From Cenarchaeum sp. (lineage in GTDB: Archaea; Thermoproteota; Nitrososphaeria; Nitrososphaerales; Nitrosopumilaceae), in NCBI GenBank assembly GCA_965212015.1, contig OZ243037.1:736001-800000 (forward strand): a stretch of 64,000 nucleotides of DNA, read 5' to 3'. This document shows positions 49,355 to 59,580 of this stretch, in pieces. Position 1 is the stretch's first letter. Every line of letters starts with the position of its first letter. The translations under genes and the position numbers were made by a program. The notes beneath the pieces are model-generated. The model was not told the DNA's origin. It did not search any database and was given only the letters and a program-made list of their open reading frames with translations.

Positions 49355-49604
49355 AACCCGGATAATTGCCTTATCCTGACCGATCTAGGCCATAAGATCA
49401 TGCCCAAAAACCCTCAAATCCGGCGTATGCAACACCGCAGTGAAATCCGGCGCTAATGCACCAGAGCAGGCACGCGGGTACTGTTAAGTTAATGAATGGT
49501 AGGCGCGGACCTCCCGATTCAAAATCGAGCAAAGTCCGAAAATCCTGAAAATCTGTCAGGGCGAACTTGAAGGATCAAGGGTGAATCTTGTGTAGGACGG
49601 CGTT

Positions 49605-49800
49605 CTAGATGAGAGTAATCCGCTTGTTCTGACCCTCGATCTCTATCAGGGCAACCTCTGCCGGCGTCTTGTCATCTAGGGCGGAATGTTTCTTTATCAT
49701 GTTGAAATACGCGATAAAGCCGTGGATTAAAGGAGAATCTGGATTCTTGAGTACTCTAAATGATTGCTCCCAGTCCCGGAATTTCACTGTTTGATTATTC
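49605..49800 (-). pseudogene. C-terminal fragment of a second IS6-like transposase
   Basis: FRVLK...YFNMIKKHSALDDKTPAE parallels RRGLG...YHNFIRPHMGLGGKTPAE of the intact transposase. Confidence 0.75.
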
Positions 49801-49867
49801 CAGGGAACTAATCGTGTCTGTCAACTAATTAAGGAGCCCTCCGGATTTGTGGGATCAATCCCTCATA

Positions 49868-49948
49868 TCGGCAGTCCCCCATATGGACGGCGGACTGCCG
49901 GTGCAGTTCCGTGCCGGCGGCCGGACGTGCATGCCGCGCGCGAATCCG
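49868..49948. repeat. 81-bp GC-rich direct repeat, copy 1
   Basis: 79/81 identical to 51344-51424; contains the inverted pair CGGCAGTCC...GGACTGCCG. Confidence 0.92.
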
Positions 49949-50030
49949 CCAATCCGGACTGTCATTGCATGTGGGCAGAAAATTATGGCGTTTGTCTTTG
50001 CCATACGGCCATACCTTTGGCAGATGTTTT

Positions 50031-50433
50031 TTATCTGTGGGCATCATTGGGCTTGTTAGACCAAACTTTAATTTCCCCAAATTTGTTTTTGCCGTCTAAT
50101 ACAAGCGTCCATAAATTAATCAGATCCCTACCCACAAGCACATCGTCCCTGTTTAATGCCACAACTTCCATAAGATCAAACTTTATCTCCCCTATTTTTA
50201 TATGCACAAGATACATATTTTCCTGTGTTATTGATCCATTTCCCATTTGGGAATGCCTTTTCGTCGTGTTTTTGTAAATTTGACTTGTTGATCAAATATT
50301 TTGGAATTGCGGTCTTGTCTGCACCGGTGTCTGATTTTCCCTTTTCGGGGAATGATTTTTCGAGATAACTCATCACTTGCAGATCAATGTATGGTGCATT
50401 TGGAACTATTGTGGTATTGTATTTGAATTTCAA
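50031..50433 (-). pseudogene. Retropepsin-like (clan AA) aspartic protease, frameshifted near 50250
   Basis: DTGADKTAIP in one frame, VLVGRDLIN in the next; removing one base gives KAFQMGNGS. Confidence 0.75.
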
Positions 50434-50645
50434 CTCAAGCTAGTTCCGGAGTATCCATGACAAATATTGTTTTTTGTGAACGGATTTTCCAGGTTTTCAA
50501 CACATGCGTCCTTTTTAATATCGAACCAAAGTGACGTATCATGCGGACAGGTTACCGTTTTGTCCAGATCCCACTGTTCAATGTCAGTACTTTCCTGTTC
50601 AAACGGTGTTTTTTCCTCCAGTACTTGCCAGATGTCTTCAATCAA
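50430..50645 (-). CDS. Small acidic hypothetical protein
   Basis: Overlaps both neighbours (translational coupling). Confidence 0.45.
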   Translation of the reverse strand: MIEDIWQVLEEKTPFEQESTDIEQWDLDKTVTCPHDTSLWFDIKKDACVENLENPFTKNNICHGYSGTSLS

Positions 50646-51253
50646 TTATATTATCACCGAATTTACTGCGAATGTCCTGTATTTCAGTCTTTAATGAGTC
50701 ATAACCGTCGTTTAATTCATCGATTAGTTTTTTAACATCACTTATCTTTAATTGAAAATCAACCATTTTGTCATCATCAAACTCGTGGATCTTTATACTG
50801 ACAATCAAGGATAGGATGATTTTTGTAATTCCATTTTTTCCATCTGAAATCGGCCTGAACTCGGTAACAGTGTTGAAATCGCGAATATGCGGGTGTCCAA
50901 ATATTTGAAGAAAATTGGCAGTCATGCCGGCCGATACATTATCCAAATCGGTTTTATTGTGAATTATTTGAACTGTTTTTTTTTAACACCTTTTTTTTCT
51001 CTTCATCTAACTTTGATGTATCGATGATTTTAAAAATTTTATCGGGATTGCGCTTGCCTATAAAAAAATTGTAAAATACGTGTATCAGTTTTGCAGTTGC
51101 ATCCAGTCCAAAACCATCGCCTAAAACCCGCTCTATTTCGGATGGATTGGGGCGCGTGTGTAAAATACGCTCATCAAGCAGATTGCCAAGTTCGGTGATT
51201 TTTTTTTTTGGTATTTTCTCAAAAACATCCAGTTCAGACTGCGGATCCAACAT
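50638..51253 (-). pseudogene. About 204-aa protein split by a frameshift in an A9 run; COMMD-like architecture
   Basis: A8 instead of A9 at 50976-50984 joins the two ORFs (VLKKTVQIIHNKTDLDNV). Confidence 0.6.
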
Positions 51254-51343
51254 GTATTAAGACCACGAATAACGCCTTAATAGTTTGTTATTTTTGGCGC
51301 TATACTTTTTGAACCCGCTTTCTGATACTCGCATTCCATCATG

Positions 51344-51424
51344 TCGGCAGTCCCCAATATGGACGGCGGACTGCCGGCGCAGTTCCGTGCCGGCGGCCGG
51401 ACGTGCATGCCGCGCGCGAATCCG
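51344..51424. repeat. 81-bp GC-rich direct repeat, copy 2
   Basis: Matches 49868-49948. Confidence 0.92.
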
Positions 51425-51579
51425 GATTTTCGGCAAAGTGCGGCCCTGTTCGGACACCAAGCCGGCAGGAGGTCGCAGGCCGGATTTCCCGGCAGGCGCG
51501 GCACCGGCAGTTTAAATAGAATCACCTGCCCGCAGGAAAAACAATTAATTATGCAGTCAGGCCAGCATGGTTATTCAAG

Positions 51580-52425
51580 ATGAGCTATGCACACCCCGAA
51601 GTACTAGTGGACACCGACTGGGTCGCAGACAATCCGCCCAATGAAAAAAGGAGGCTCGTCGAGGTGGACTATGATCCGGAAAACGGATACCGCAAGGGCC
51701 ACATTAGTGAGGCGACGCTTATCTGGTGGAAGCGCGACATAAACGATCCCCTGACGCGCGATATTATAAACAAAAAACAGTTCGAGGAGCTGATGTCAAA
51801 AAACGGCATCACTTCTGATACCGAGGTAATCCTGTATGGCGACTTTAACAACTGGTTTGCGGCGTTCGTATTCTGGGTATTCAAGTATTACGGACACGAA
51901 AGCATAAGGATCATGAACGGCGGCAGGAAAAAATGGGAGCTAGAAGACAGGCCGTACACGACTGACGAGCCGCAGATGCGGCCTACTTCCTACGCGTCTG
52001 CTCCGCCCGATGAGGGCCTGCGCGCGTACCTGTTTGACGTAAAAAGGGCGCTGGACAGAGGCGATACCGTAATGGTGGACGTCCGCTCCCCAAAAGAGTT
52101 TACCGGCGAGATTACCGCGCCGCCAGAATACCCAATGGAGCACGCGCAGAGGGGCGGGCACATTCCCGGCGCAAACAACATTCCGTGGGCCACTGCGGTA
52201 AACGATGCGGACGGCACGTTCAAGACGGCCGACGAGCTAAGGCAGAACTATGAACCCAAAGGCGTCACCTCGGACAAGGACGTGATATGCTACTGCAGGA
52301 TAGGCGAGAGATCATCGCACTCGTGGTTCGTCCTAAAGTACCTTTTGGGATATTCCAGGGTGAGAAACTATGACGGCTCGTGGACCGAATGGGGAAACAT
52401 GATCGGAAATCCCGTTGAAAAATGA
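51580..52425 (+). CDS. Thiosulfate sulfurtransferase (tandem rhodanese)
   Basis: GHI, DVRSPKEF, GHIPGA, YCRIGERS, YDGSWTEW. Confidence 0.93.
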   Translation: MSYAHPEVLVDTDWVADNPPNEKRRLVEVDYDPENGYRKGHISEATLIWWKRDINDPLTRDIINKKQFEELMSKNGITSDTEVILYGDFNNWFAAFVFWVFKYYGHESIRIMNGGRKKWELEDRPYTTDEPQMRPTSYASAPPDEGLRAYLFDVKRALDRGDTVMVDVRSPKEFTGEITAPPEYPMEHAQRGGHIPGANNIPWATAVNDADGTFKTADELRQNYEPKGVTSDKDVICYCRIGERSSHSWFVLKYLLGYSRVRNYDGSWTEWGNMIGNPVEK

Positions 52426-52721
52426 GCCAGGACACGCTAGAAAAGGGGAGCTTTTACACCATCAAGGACGGCGGGGATTTTCTCGTAATGGAGGACATGA
52501 CCAAGCGTGGCCTGACTGTCAGGGACAAGTCAGTCGACGACAAGCTCAAAGTCAGCGCAGACAAGGGGATGATTCACGACATGGACGGGATAGGACACCA
52601 GGTTCCAATACGATGGTTTTTTCCAAAAAAAGAGTACGACTTGAAAAAGGTGCTAGTCTATGCCCGCGCAATGGAGAAAAAATACGCGCAGCTGCGCGAG
52701 CTTACGTGTCCTGACGACTAG
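52422..52721 (+). CDS. Conserved hypothetical protein
   Basis: Coupled to the rhodanese gene; protein-like 99-aa ORF. Confidence 0.7.
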   Translation: MSQDTLEKGSFYTIKDGGDFLVMEDMTKRGLTVRDKSVDDKLKVSADKGMIHDMDGIGHQVPIRWFFPKKEYDLKKVLVYARAMEKKYAQLRELTCPDD

Positions 52722-53720
52722 ATTGTTCGGATATGATGCCGGCAATGTTCTCGTCGATTGCGACTTTGACAATGTCCCCCGAGTACGAACCGGATCACAG
52801 TAGGGTTTTTGTCAGACTCGCCGATTCCCGACATGAACGATTTTTCGCCGTCTATCACATTTTTTGCCTCGTCGGCGGCCCTTTCGGCGAGGCCAAGTCC
52901 CTTTTTATCAGCGCCTCAACTGAGCGGCCGAACACGGACGGCGAGCCCTCCGATATCGCGAGGATTTTTTTCATGAGTTTTGGCTCGATGCGGCCGTCAA
53001 GAAACTTTACCCTTTTTGCAATCAGTCCGGCGTGATCCGCAATGCGCTCGATTCTGCCCGCCACCTCCCTGTATCCGAGGCAGTCAGACGGCCTTTGCAG
53101 CCCCATGTCAAGCAGGGCATCGGTGTTGCCGACTGCAGTCACCAGGTTGCGCCTCATGTACAGGCCGAACCTGTCCGCTTTGTCGTCCATCCGGATCACC
53201 TCTTCTGAGTGGCCCGCATCGCAGGCGGAGAGCGATTCGAAGGCCTCGCGGTGCATGTTGGAGGCCATCAGGTGCATCCTTTTGAGCGCAGTCTCAAAGG
53301 AGAGCTCCGGCAGCATGGTCAGAATCTGAATCAGCATGGACTCTGAGCTTGATTCCACTATCTCGGTTCCGATCATAGACGATCTGACCATATCCCGTAT
53401 CGCCCTCGTATGCGCCGGCTGCATTCTCATCCCGCCGGACTTTATCCGGATCGTCTTGTATTCCCCGAGATACGCCGCGATTATCCTTCTGCGTATGGAT
53501 TCGGCCGAATCATTCTGGCCAGATACGATTACTGCGCCAGTCATTTTTGGCTATAGGCCGGATTCGGGGAACAGTAAAGGGATCTGTCAGAGTTTTTAAT
53601 CATGACGATATTGTCGCCCGCGCCTGCCCCGAGATCCGCAATCCAGTCCTTGGGGAGAGATGTGATAAAAGTCGAGCCGCCGCTGAGCTGCGGCCTTGTC
53701 TGCCTTCCCCGTCTGTCCAA
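52719..53720 (-). pseudogene. Degraded AbrB-PhoU phosphate regulator
   Basis: QLSGGSTFITSLPKDW (AbrB) near 53690-53640 is out of frame with the PhoU part (DDKADRF, ERIADHA); C-terminus also disrupted; paralog of 32431-33474. Confidence 0.8.
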
Positions 53721-53804
53721 TTACACATGGGTGCGCGCAGGCCGGCATTATGTTATAGCCGGTGATCTATATAGCACTATAAAAAAGCCATAAAGTCTTA
53801 GGAC

Positions 53805-54791
53805 ATGTCTGATAAGCGGTTTTTCCAGAGTTCCAGCATGGTGCGCAGGCGCAGTCTTGGATCTGACAGGATCTTCAAGATGTGCGCCGCCATGGCAGGC
53901 GCCTTTGTCCTGGTAGTGATCGCCCTCATGGTGTACGAGCTTGCAGTGGAATCCTATCCGGTGTGGGAGAAGGACGGGATTTCGTTCATTACAAAGACGG
54001 ACTGGAACGCAGTCGAGGGCAGGGAGTCATTCGGCGCGCTGCCCTACATCTTTGGGACGCTGACTACTGCGGCAATCGCAATGGCAATAGGCGTCCCGCT
54101 CAGCCTGGGCATTGCAATGTTCATCTCCGATGCGCCCTCAAAGATTGGAAAGCCGCTGGGCTTTATAGTGGAGCTATTGGCCGCCGTGCCGAGCGTGATT
54201 TACGGGCTGTGGGGTCTGTTTGTATTCAGGCAGTATTTCAGCGACTGGGTGGAAAGGCCGCTTCACGACATGTTAGGCGAGAGCGTCTGGCTTTTTTCGG
54301 GGACGCCCTTCGGGCTGGACATACTGACTGCAAGCGTGATTCTTGCCATAATGATCATTCCCACCGTGTCCTCTGTGGCCCGCGAGGTCATGAAGGCCGT
54401 GCCGCAGCAGCAAAAGGAGGCAGCATACATGCTGGGGGCCACAAAGTGGGAGATGTTCAAGCTTGCCGTGTTTCCCTATTCCAAGACGGGGCTAATCGGC
54501 GCGTCAATTCTGGGGCTGGGCCGCGCAGTAGGCGAGACCATGGCAGTCACCATGCTGATTGGAAACGCCACCGGGCTTGGCGCAATCCCGTCGTCGCTGT
54601 TCAAGCCCAGCCAGACAATGTCAAGCATTATAGCAAACGAGTTCGTCGAGGCCTCGCCTGCCTCGCTGCACCTGCCGGCCCTCATCGGGGTTGGCCTGGT
54701 CCTGCTGCTGATCGCCATCTGCATCAATATAGTGGCGCACATGCTGGTAACAAGAATGCTCAAGGTAAAGGAAGGTGCCATCAACAACTAA
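53805..54791 (+). CDS. pstC: Phosphate ABC transporter permease PstC
   Basis: ELLAAVPSVIYGLWG, EAAYMLGAT, LGRAVGETMAV. Confidence 0.95.
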   Translation: MSDKRFFQSSSMVRRRSLGSDRIFKMCAAMAGAFVLVVIALMVYELAVESYPVWEKDGISFITKTDWNAVEGRESFGALPYIFGTLTTAAIAMAIGVPLSLGIAMFISDAPSKIGKPLGFIVELLAAVPSVIYGLWGLFVFRQYFSDWVERPLHDMLGESVWLFSGTPFGLDILTASVILAIMIIPTVSSVAREVMKAVPQQQKEAAYMLGATKWEMFKLAVFPYSKTGLIGASILGLGRAVGETMAVTMLIGNATGLGAIPSSLFKPSQTMSSIIANEFVEASPASLHLPALIGVGLVLLLIAICINIVAHMLVTRMLKVKEGAINN

Positions 54792-55714
54792 TGTCCATAC
54801 AAGACAAGAGAAAACAGTACAGGTCCATGTTCAAGCACAACGTGGAAAAAAGGCTGATGATTGACAGGATGGTCAGGATTGCGATTTTTGCCTGCGTGAT
54901 AATTGCAATCATACCGCTGGGCAGCATACTAGTCGAGGTCTTTCGGAACGGAATCTCGGCTATCAGCATAGAGTTTCTGACAGAGACGCCCGGCTCCATA
55001 GGTTCCGGGGAGGGGGGAATCGGCCCCGCAATCCAGGGCACGCTGATAATCATCGGCCTTGCAAGCATGATCGGGGTCCCAATCGGGGTCATGTCCGGTA
55101 TTTTTTTGGCAGAGTTTAGCGGCAACCTGCTGGTAAAGCCTGTCAGGTTTTTTACGGACGTCTTTATGGAGTTTCCCTCGATAGTGCTGGGAATATTCGC
55201 ATTCCTGGTGATAGTCCTGGTACTGGGCCATTTTTCGGTGTGGGCCGGCGCGTTTGCGCTGGCACTGATAATGTTTCCGATAATCACAAGGACCACAGAG
55301 GAGTCGCTAAAGCTCGTCCCCATGACGTACCGCGAGGCAGGCACCGCCCTGGGGCTCAAAAAATGGGTCATTACGTTCCGGATAGTGCTTGCCGCCGCAA
55401 AAAGCGGCCTCATAACCGGCGTGCTGCTGTCCGTATCAAGGATAGGCGGCGAGACTGCGCCGCTGATCATGACCATTCTGGGAAGCAGCCAGTTCTTTGG
55501 GGGATTCGACGTGCCAATAGACGCGCTTCCGCTGAGGATCTGGAGGCTGTCACTATTGCCCTATGACAGCGCGCAGATGCAGGGGTGGGGCTCGGCGCTG
55601 GTCCTGATTATGATAATTCTTGCAGTAAATCTTGGCGTGCGGTATTTTTTTATGAACAGGGGTACTGGAATACTGGGCAGGTTAATTAACCAAGGAGCTC
55701 AAAGTCAGAGATGA
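54791..55714 (+). CDS. pstA: Phosphate ABC transporter permease PstA
   Basis: [32 protein letters not shown]. Confidence 0.95.
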   Translation: MSIQDKRKQYRSMFKHNVEKRLMIDRMVRIAIFACVIIAIIPLGSILVEVFRNGISAISIEFLTETPGSIGSGEGGIGPAIQGTLIIIGLASMIGVPIGVMSGIFLAEFSGNLLVKPVRFFTDVFMEFPSIVLGIFAFLVIVLVLGHFSVWAGAFALALIMFPIITRTTEESLKLVPMTYREAGTALGLKKWVITFRIVLAAAKSGLITGVLLSVSRIGGETAPLIMTILGSSQFFGGFDVPIDALPLRIWRLSLLPYDSAQMQGWGSALVLIMIILAVNLGVRYFFMNRGTGILGRLINQGAQSQR

Positions 55715-56532
55715 CCCTATTGACTGAGCATGCCACAACAGAGTCCCCATCCCCTGCCGCCCCGCAGGACGGAAAAAAATACAAGGTCATAGCAGAGGAC
55801 GTTACTGTGGCATACGGCGGCACACTGGCAGTCAGGAACATAACCATGAAGTTTCAGGAGAAATCCGTCACCGCCCTGATCGGCCCGTCCGGATGCGGCA
55901 AGACCACGTTTCTGCGGTGCCTGAACCGCATGCACGACATGACTGACAGCGCAAGGGTGACCGGAAGGGTGATGATCGACGGCACTGACCTGTACTCGGG
56001 CGACGTGGATCCCATATACCACAGGCGCAAGGTCGGAATGGTGTTCCAAAAGCCAAACCCGTTTCCCACAATGTCCATATACGACAATGTCACCGCCGGA
56101 CTGAGGCTCAACGGGATGCGCAACAGGAGAATACTCGGCGAGATAGTCGAGGACTCGCTAAAAATGGCATACCTCTGGGACGAGGTAAAAGACAACCTCA
56201 AAAAGCCGGCAATCGAGCTCTCCGGGGGGCAGCAGCAGCGGCTGTGCATCGCACGGGCGCTTGCCATCCAGCCCGAGGTGCTGCTCATGGACGAGCCGGC
56301 ATCGGCCCTGGATCCCATCGCCACCCAAAAGATAGAGGAGACAATCACCGAGCTCAAAAAGGACTATACCATAATCATCGTAACGCACAACATGCAGCAG
56401 GCAGTAAGGGTGTCGGACTATACGGGCTTTATGTACCTGGGGGACCTCATCGAGTTCAGGGAGACCAAAAAGCTGTTCACGGATCCAAAGCACGAGCTGA
56501 CTGCCAAATACGTAGAGGGGCGGTTTGGTTGA
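55711..56532 (+). CDS. pstB: Phosphate ABC transporter ATPase PstB
   Basis: [40 protein letters not shown]. Confidence 0.96.
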   Translation: MTLLTEHATTESPSPAAPQDGKKYKVIAEDVTVAYGGTLAVRNITMKFQEKSVTALIGPSGCGKTTFLRCLNRMHDMTDSARVTGRVMIDGTDLYSGDVDPIYHRRKVGMVFQKPNPFPTMSIYDNVTAGLRLNGMRNRRILGEIVEDSLKMAYLWDEVKDNLKKPAIELSGGQQQRLCIARALAIQPEVLLMDEPASALDPIATQKIEETITELKKDYTIIIVTHNMQQAVRVSDYTGFMYLGDLIEFRETKKLFTDPKHELTAKYVEGRFG

Positions 56533-57191
56533 CCCGCCTGATAGACCCGTACCTCGAAAAGCTCTCCAGGATAATGTCGGAGATGGGCGACATGGTAATA
56601 GAGTCCATCTCGCTTGCAATCAGCTCCTACATCGAGGGCGAGAACACCGTCACGCAGGTGCACTCGCTTTCCAACACAATACGCGAGAAATACTACGAGG
56701 TGGAGGATCTCACCTTTGATATGCTATTAAAGTTCCAGCCGGTGGCCGACGACTTTAGGTTTGTGCGCTCCTCGACTGAGATCTCTTATGCGTTTTCAAG
56801 GTTCGGAAGGTACGCCTACGACATAACGCTGGTGCGCAACGAGTTCGGCGACATATCAGAGTGCATCAATGCGTCGCTCATCGAGTCCTCCAAAAAGGTC
56901 AGACACATGATAAAGGAGGCGGTGTTCTCCTTTGCCGAGCTGGACGTAAGAAAGGCAGTAAAGATAAGAGAAGACGAGGCGTTCATTGACAGGATATACA
57001 AGGAGCGCCTGCCAAAGCTCATCAATTCAAAGAACACAAAGTGCGCCCTGGTGGAGGCACTCGTGCTGCGCTATCTCGAGAGAATCGGGGATCACGCAGT
57101 CTTTATGAGCGACGCGATAAACTATATCGTCACAGGCAAGCACAGGCCGAGCGAAAAGCGGATAAAGTCGCGCACAAGGCCAAAGAAATAG
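56529..57191 (+). CDS. phoU: PhoU-family regulator
   Basis: [17 protein letters not shown]; TTG start overlaps the pstB stop. Confidence 0.9.
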   Translation: MTRLIDPYLEKLSRIMSEMGDMVIESISLAISSYIEGENTVTQVHSLSNTIREKYYEVEDLTFDMLLKFQPVADDFRFVRSSTEISYAFSRFGRYAYDITLVRNEFGDISECINASLIESSKKVRHMIKEAVFSFAELDVRKAVKIREDEAFIDRIYKERLPKLINSKNTKCALVEALVLRYLERIGDHAVFMSDAINYIVTGKHRPSEKRIKSRTRPKK

Positions 57192-57709
57192 CCGGCAGCA
57201 TTGTTTGCCGCATAGGACGGGAATCTGTTTGCTCGGATAGTGTCCGTTGCGAGCTTTTCTGGCCCGGGCGTTGGCAATGGCATACACCACCATTTGGCCC
57301 TCGCCGCGTTGCCGCCGGCCTTTGGAGTAGAGGTGACTGCAAGCATGATGGTGATGATACTAAATGGCGTACACCAGGCCATAGGTCGTAAAAAAGACCA
57401 CCGGTACCGCTAACAGTATTTCTTATCTATTCAGACCATACTAGTATCAGATGAGCACGCAGGTGAACAAAACAATTATCTCTAAACAAGATCTTTGATG
57501 GCCGATTCTGTGTTTTGTCGATTCTAGATCCAAAACATCGATCTGATCTCTTACTTGTCAATAACCACTCAGGGTTTTTTTTTGCAAATGTTTGCAAAGA
57601 TGAATCATCACAAGAAACATTATATGTTAAATTACATTATATGATAGAAAACCACATGATCAAAATAATCAACCGATAGTTTCTTAAATACGTTAATGTT
57701 ATTATATTT

Positions 57710-58977
57710 ATGACAAAATCACCCACAATCACGATATTTGCAGGGATAAGCGGAATCGACAAGGCAAAATTCATCCAAAAACTACTCAAAAAATCTAAAA
57801 TGACGAAAAGTGTCCTAGTCATCGATTTTGACAAAGAGTTAAGAAATAAAAATAGAGAACCAACAGAGGCACCGCCAGATATGGCAACATATCTTGATAG
57901 TCCAGATCCAACGATAAAATTTAGAATTTTCGAGGATACTTTTTCATGGATTAGCGGTATGATAAAAGAGAGAAAAAACAAATACGAACATATATTCCTA
58001 TTGACGCATTTGAGCTATTTTAAGAACAGTGAGTTTTATCCCCCATTTATTCCGATTCTCTACAATCAGTTATTTACAAACATTTCCTCATCAAAAATAA
58101 GAATAATCACACTGATTGATGATGTTTTTTCGATCTGGAAAAAATTTCCAAGAGAGAAAAAGAAGAGGGGTATCACAATACAAAATTGAGCCTCAGGGAA
58201 ATTCTTGCATGGCGTTCTCTAGAATCCCTGCGCGCCGAAGCCTTAAAAAAACATGTGGAATATGAAAGGGAGGGAAGTGGAAAAATACCCCATTATGTTA
58301 TTTCAATAAGGCATCCGCACCATACATTCCACAACCTGATCTTCAAAAAGGATGCGAGCAGAATTTACCTATCATATCCCATTTCTCAGACTAGAAAGAC
58401 GGACATAGGAATCGGGGATGTCAACGGATTCAGAAAGGAAATGCATGCTCTGGGCAAAAAATTCGGATGGGTGATTTTTGATCCAGTAGCCATCGATGAG
58501 TTATGCGTTAAATTCGCACTAGACAACTTGCTGAAAAAAACACCAAAATCAAAACATAGTAAGATCACTTCGGTCACGGTTACAAGCAAGGACAGGTGGC
58601 CAATCGATCTTTCGGATATGATTGATGAGCACATCTTGCTTCCAGTCGACCTGCCACGCCGCGAGATAGAAGAGGTCGTAAGAGATATTGAAAATCAGAT
58701 CGCCTCTAGGGATTATACGCTAGTCGACACAGCATCATATCTGGCCGTATATCGTCCCTTCTACAACAAGATTCCATCAGAGGGGGTAGGAAAAGAGATT
58801 GATCGGGCCAATAACCATATGATAAGGGTTTTAGTCCATCACCCCATAGAGGATCATATAGAGGAGATAGCGACAACCCACCCATTTGGCTCCAAAACCA
58901 AGACTTTTGACGTTAAAAAAGACTTGTTTGATAGCTTACAAAAGCTTAGCGATAAAGAAAAGAAAAGGGATAAATGA
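57710..58977 (+). pseudogene. P-loop kinase-like domain fused to a nucleoside 2-deoxyribosyltransferase-like domain; frameshift in an A6 run near 58139-58144
   Basis: FAGISGIDK, ITLIDD, EILAWR; RIYLSYPIS, DYTLVD, SEGVGKEI; one extra A gives WKKISKREKEEGYHNTKLSLREIL. Confidence 0.65.
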
Positions 58978-58983
58978 GTTTGT

Positions 58984-59481
58984 ATGGGTAAGACTGCGAT
59001 GATAGAATCCGAAAACGATCAGGTTTTGCGCATATTGCGTAATTTGGGGCCCATAAAATTGGACGAATTTGATGATAGGCTAAGACTGCAAAAACAGGCA
59101 TATCTCATCCAGGAAATTGGAGCCACTACCAAGTATACCTATTCATGGTATGTTCACGGGCCGTATTCGTCCTCGCTGACATCCGCACTATTTCTAGGCG
59201 ATAAGATAGGCAAATTCGATTCCAAGGATAAACTGAGAGATGGGGAGTCTAGGATCGTTTCCAGACTAAAGGAACTGCTAGGGAGGAGAATCTCCGATCC
59301 CAGACAGCTGGAATTGTTTGCGTCTGTATGGTACCTGCTGCCCACTTCCAGAAGGGTTTCAAAGGATGACAGGGAAGGCATCATGACGGTCATGAACAGG
59401 GAAAAACCACAGTTTACAAGTACACGGGTACGGTCTGCGCTAGATACGATATTGGGTTTTAAAAAGACTCAGAAGGCGTGA
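58984..59481 (+). CDS. YwgA/Panacea(SocA)-like winged-helix protein
   Basis: RLRLQKQAYL, YSWYVHGPYSSSL, LELFASV. Confidence 0.75.
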   Translation: MGKTAMIESENDQVLRILRNLGPIKLDEFDDRLRLQKQAYLIQEIGATTKYTYSWYVHGPYSSSLTSALFLGDKIGKFDSKDKLRDGESRIVSRLKELLGRRISDPRQLELFASVWYLLPTSRRVSKDDREGIMTVMNREKPQFTSTRVRSALDTILGFKKTQKA

Positions 59482-59580
59482 AACCCGCGCCCGGCCAGAA
59501 CGGCAGGCAGGACCCGCCCACAGGCACGAGGCTGGGTCGATCGGGATATTACGAATAATAATCCCGACTTTTAGCAGTGT

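Larger units (their letters stand above)
47025..49468. mobile_element. IS6-like transposon, 2444 bp, with 53-bp perfect TIRs, 8-bp TSD and passenger genes
   Basis: 47025-47077 is the exact reverse complement of 49416-49468; GGCACGCG is duplicated at 47017-47024 and 49469-49476. Confidence 0.93.

Noticed and set aside
53882-54790. 610-aa extended PstA ORF
   Set aside because: The upstream part is an alternative frame of pstC; the real pstA start is the ATG at 54791
57192-57420. Short minus-strand ORFs downstream of phoU
   Set aside because: No recognisable motifs and they overlap phoU; probably junction debris
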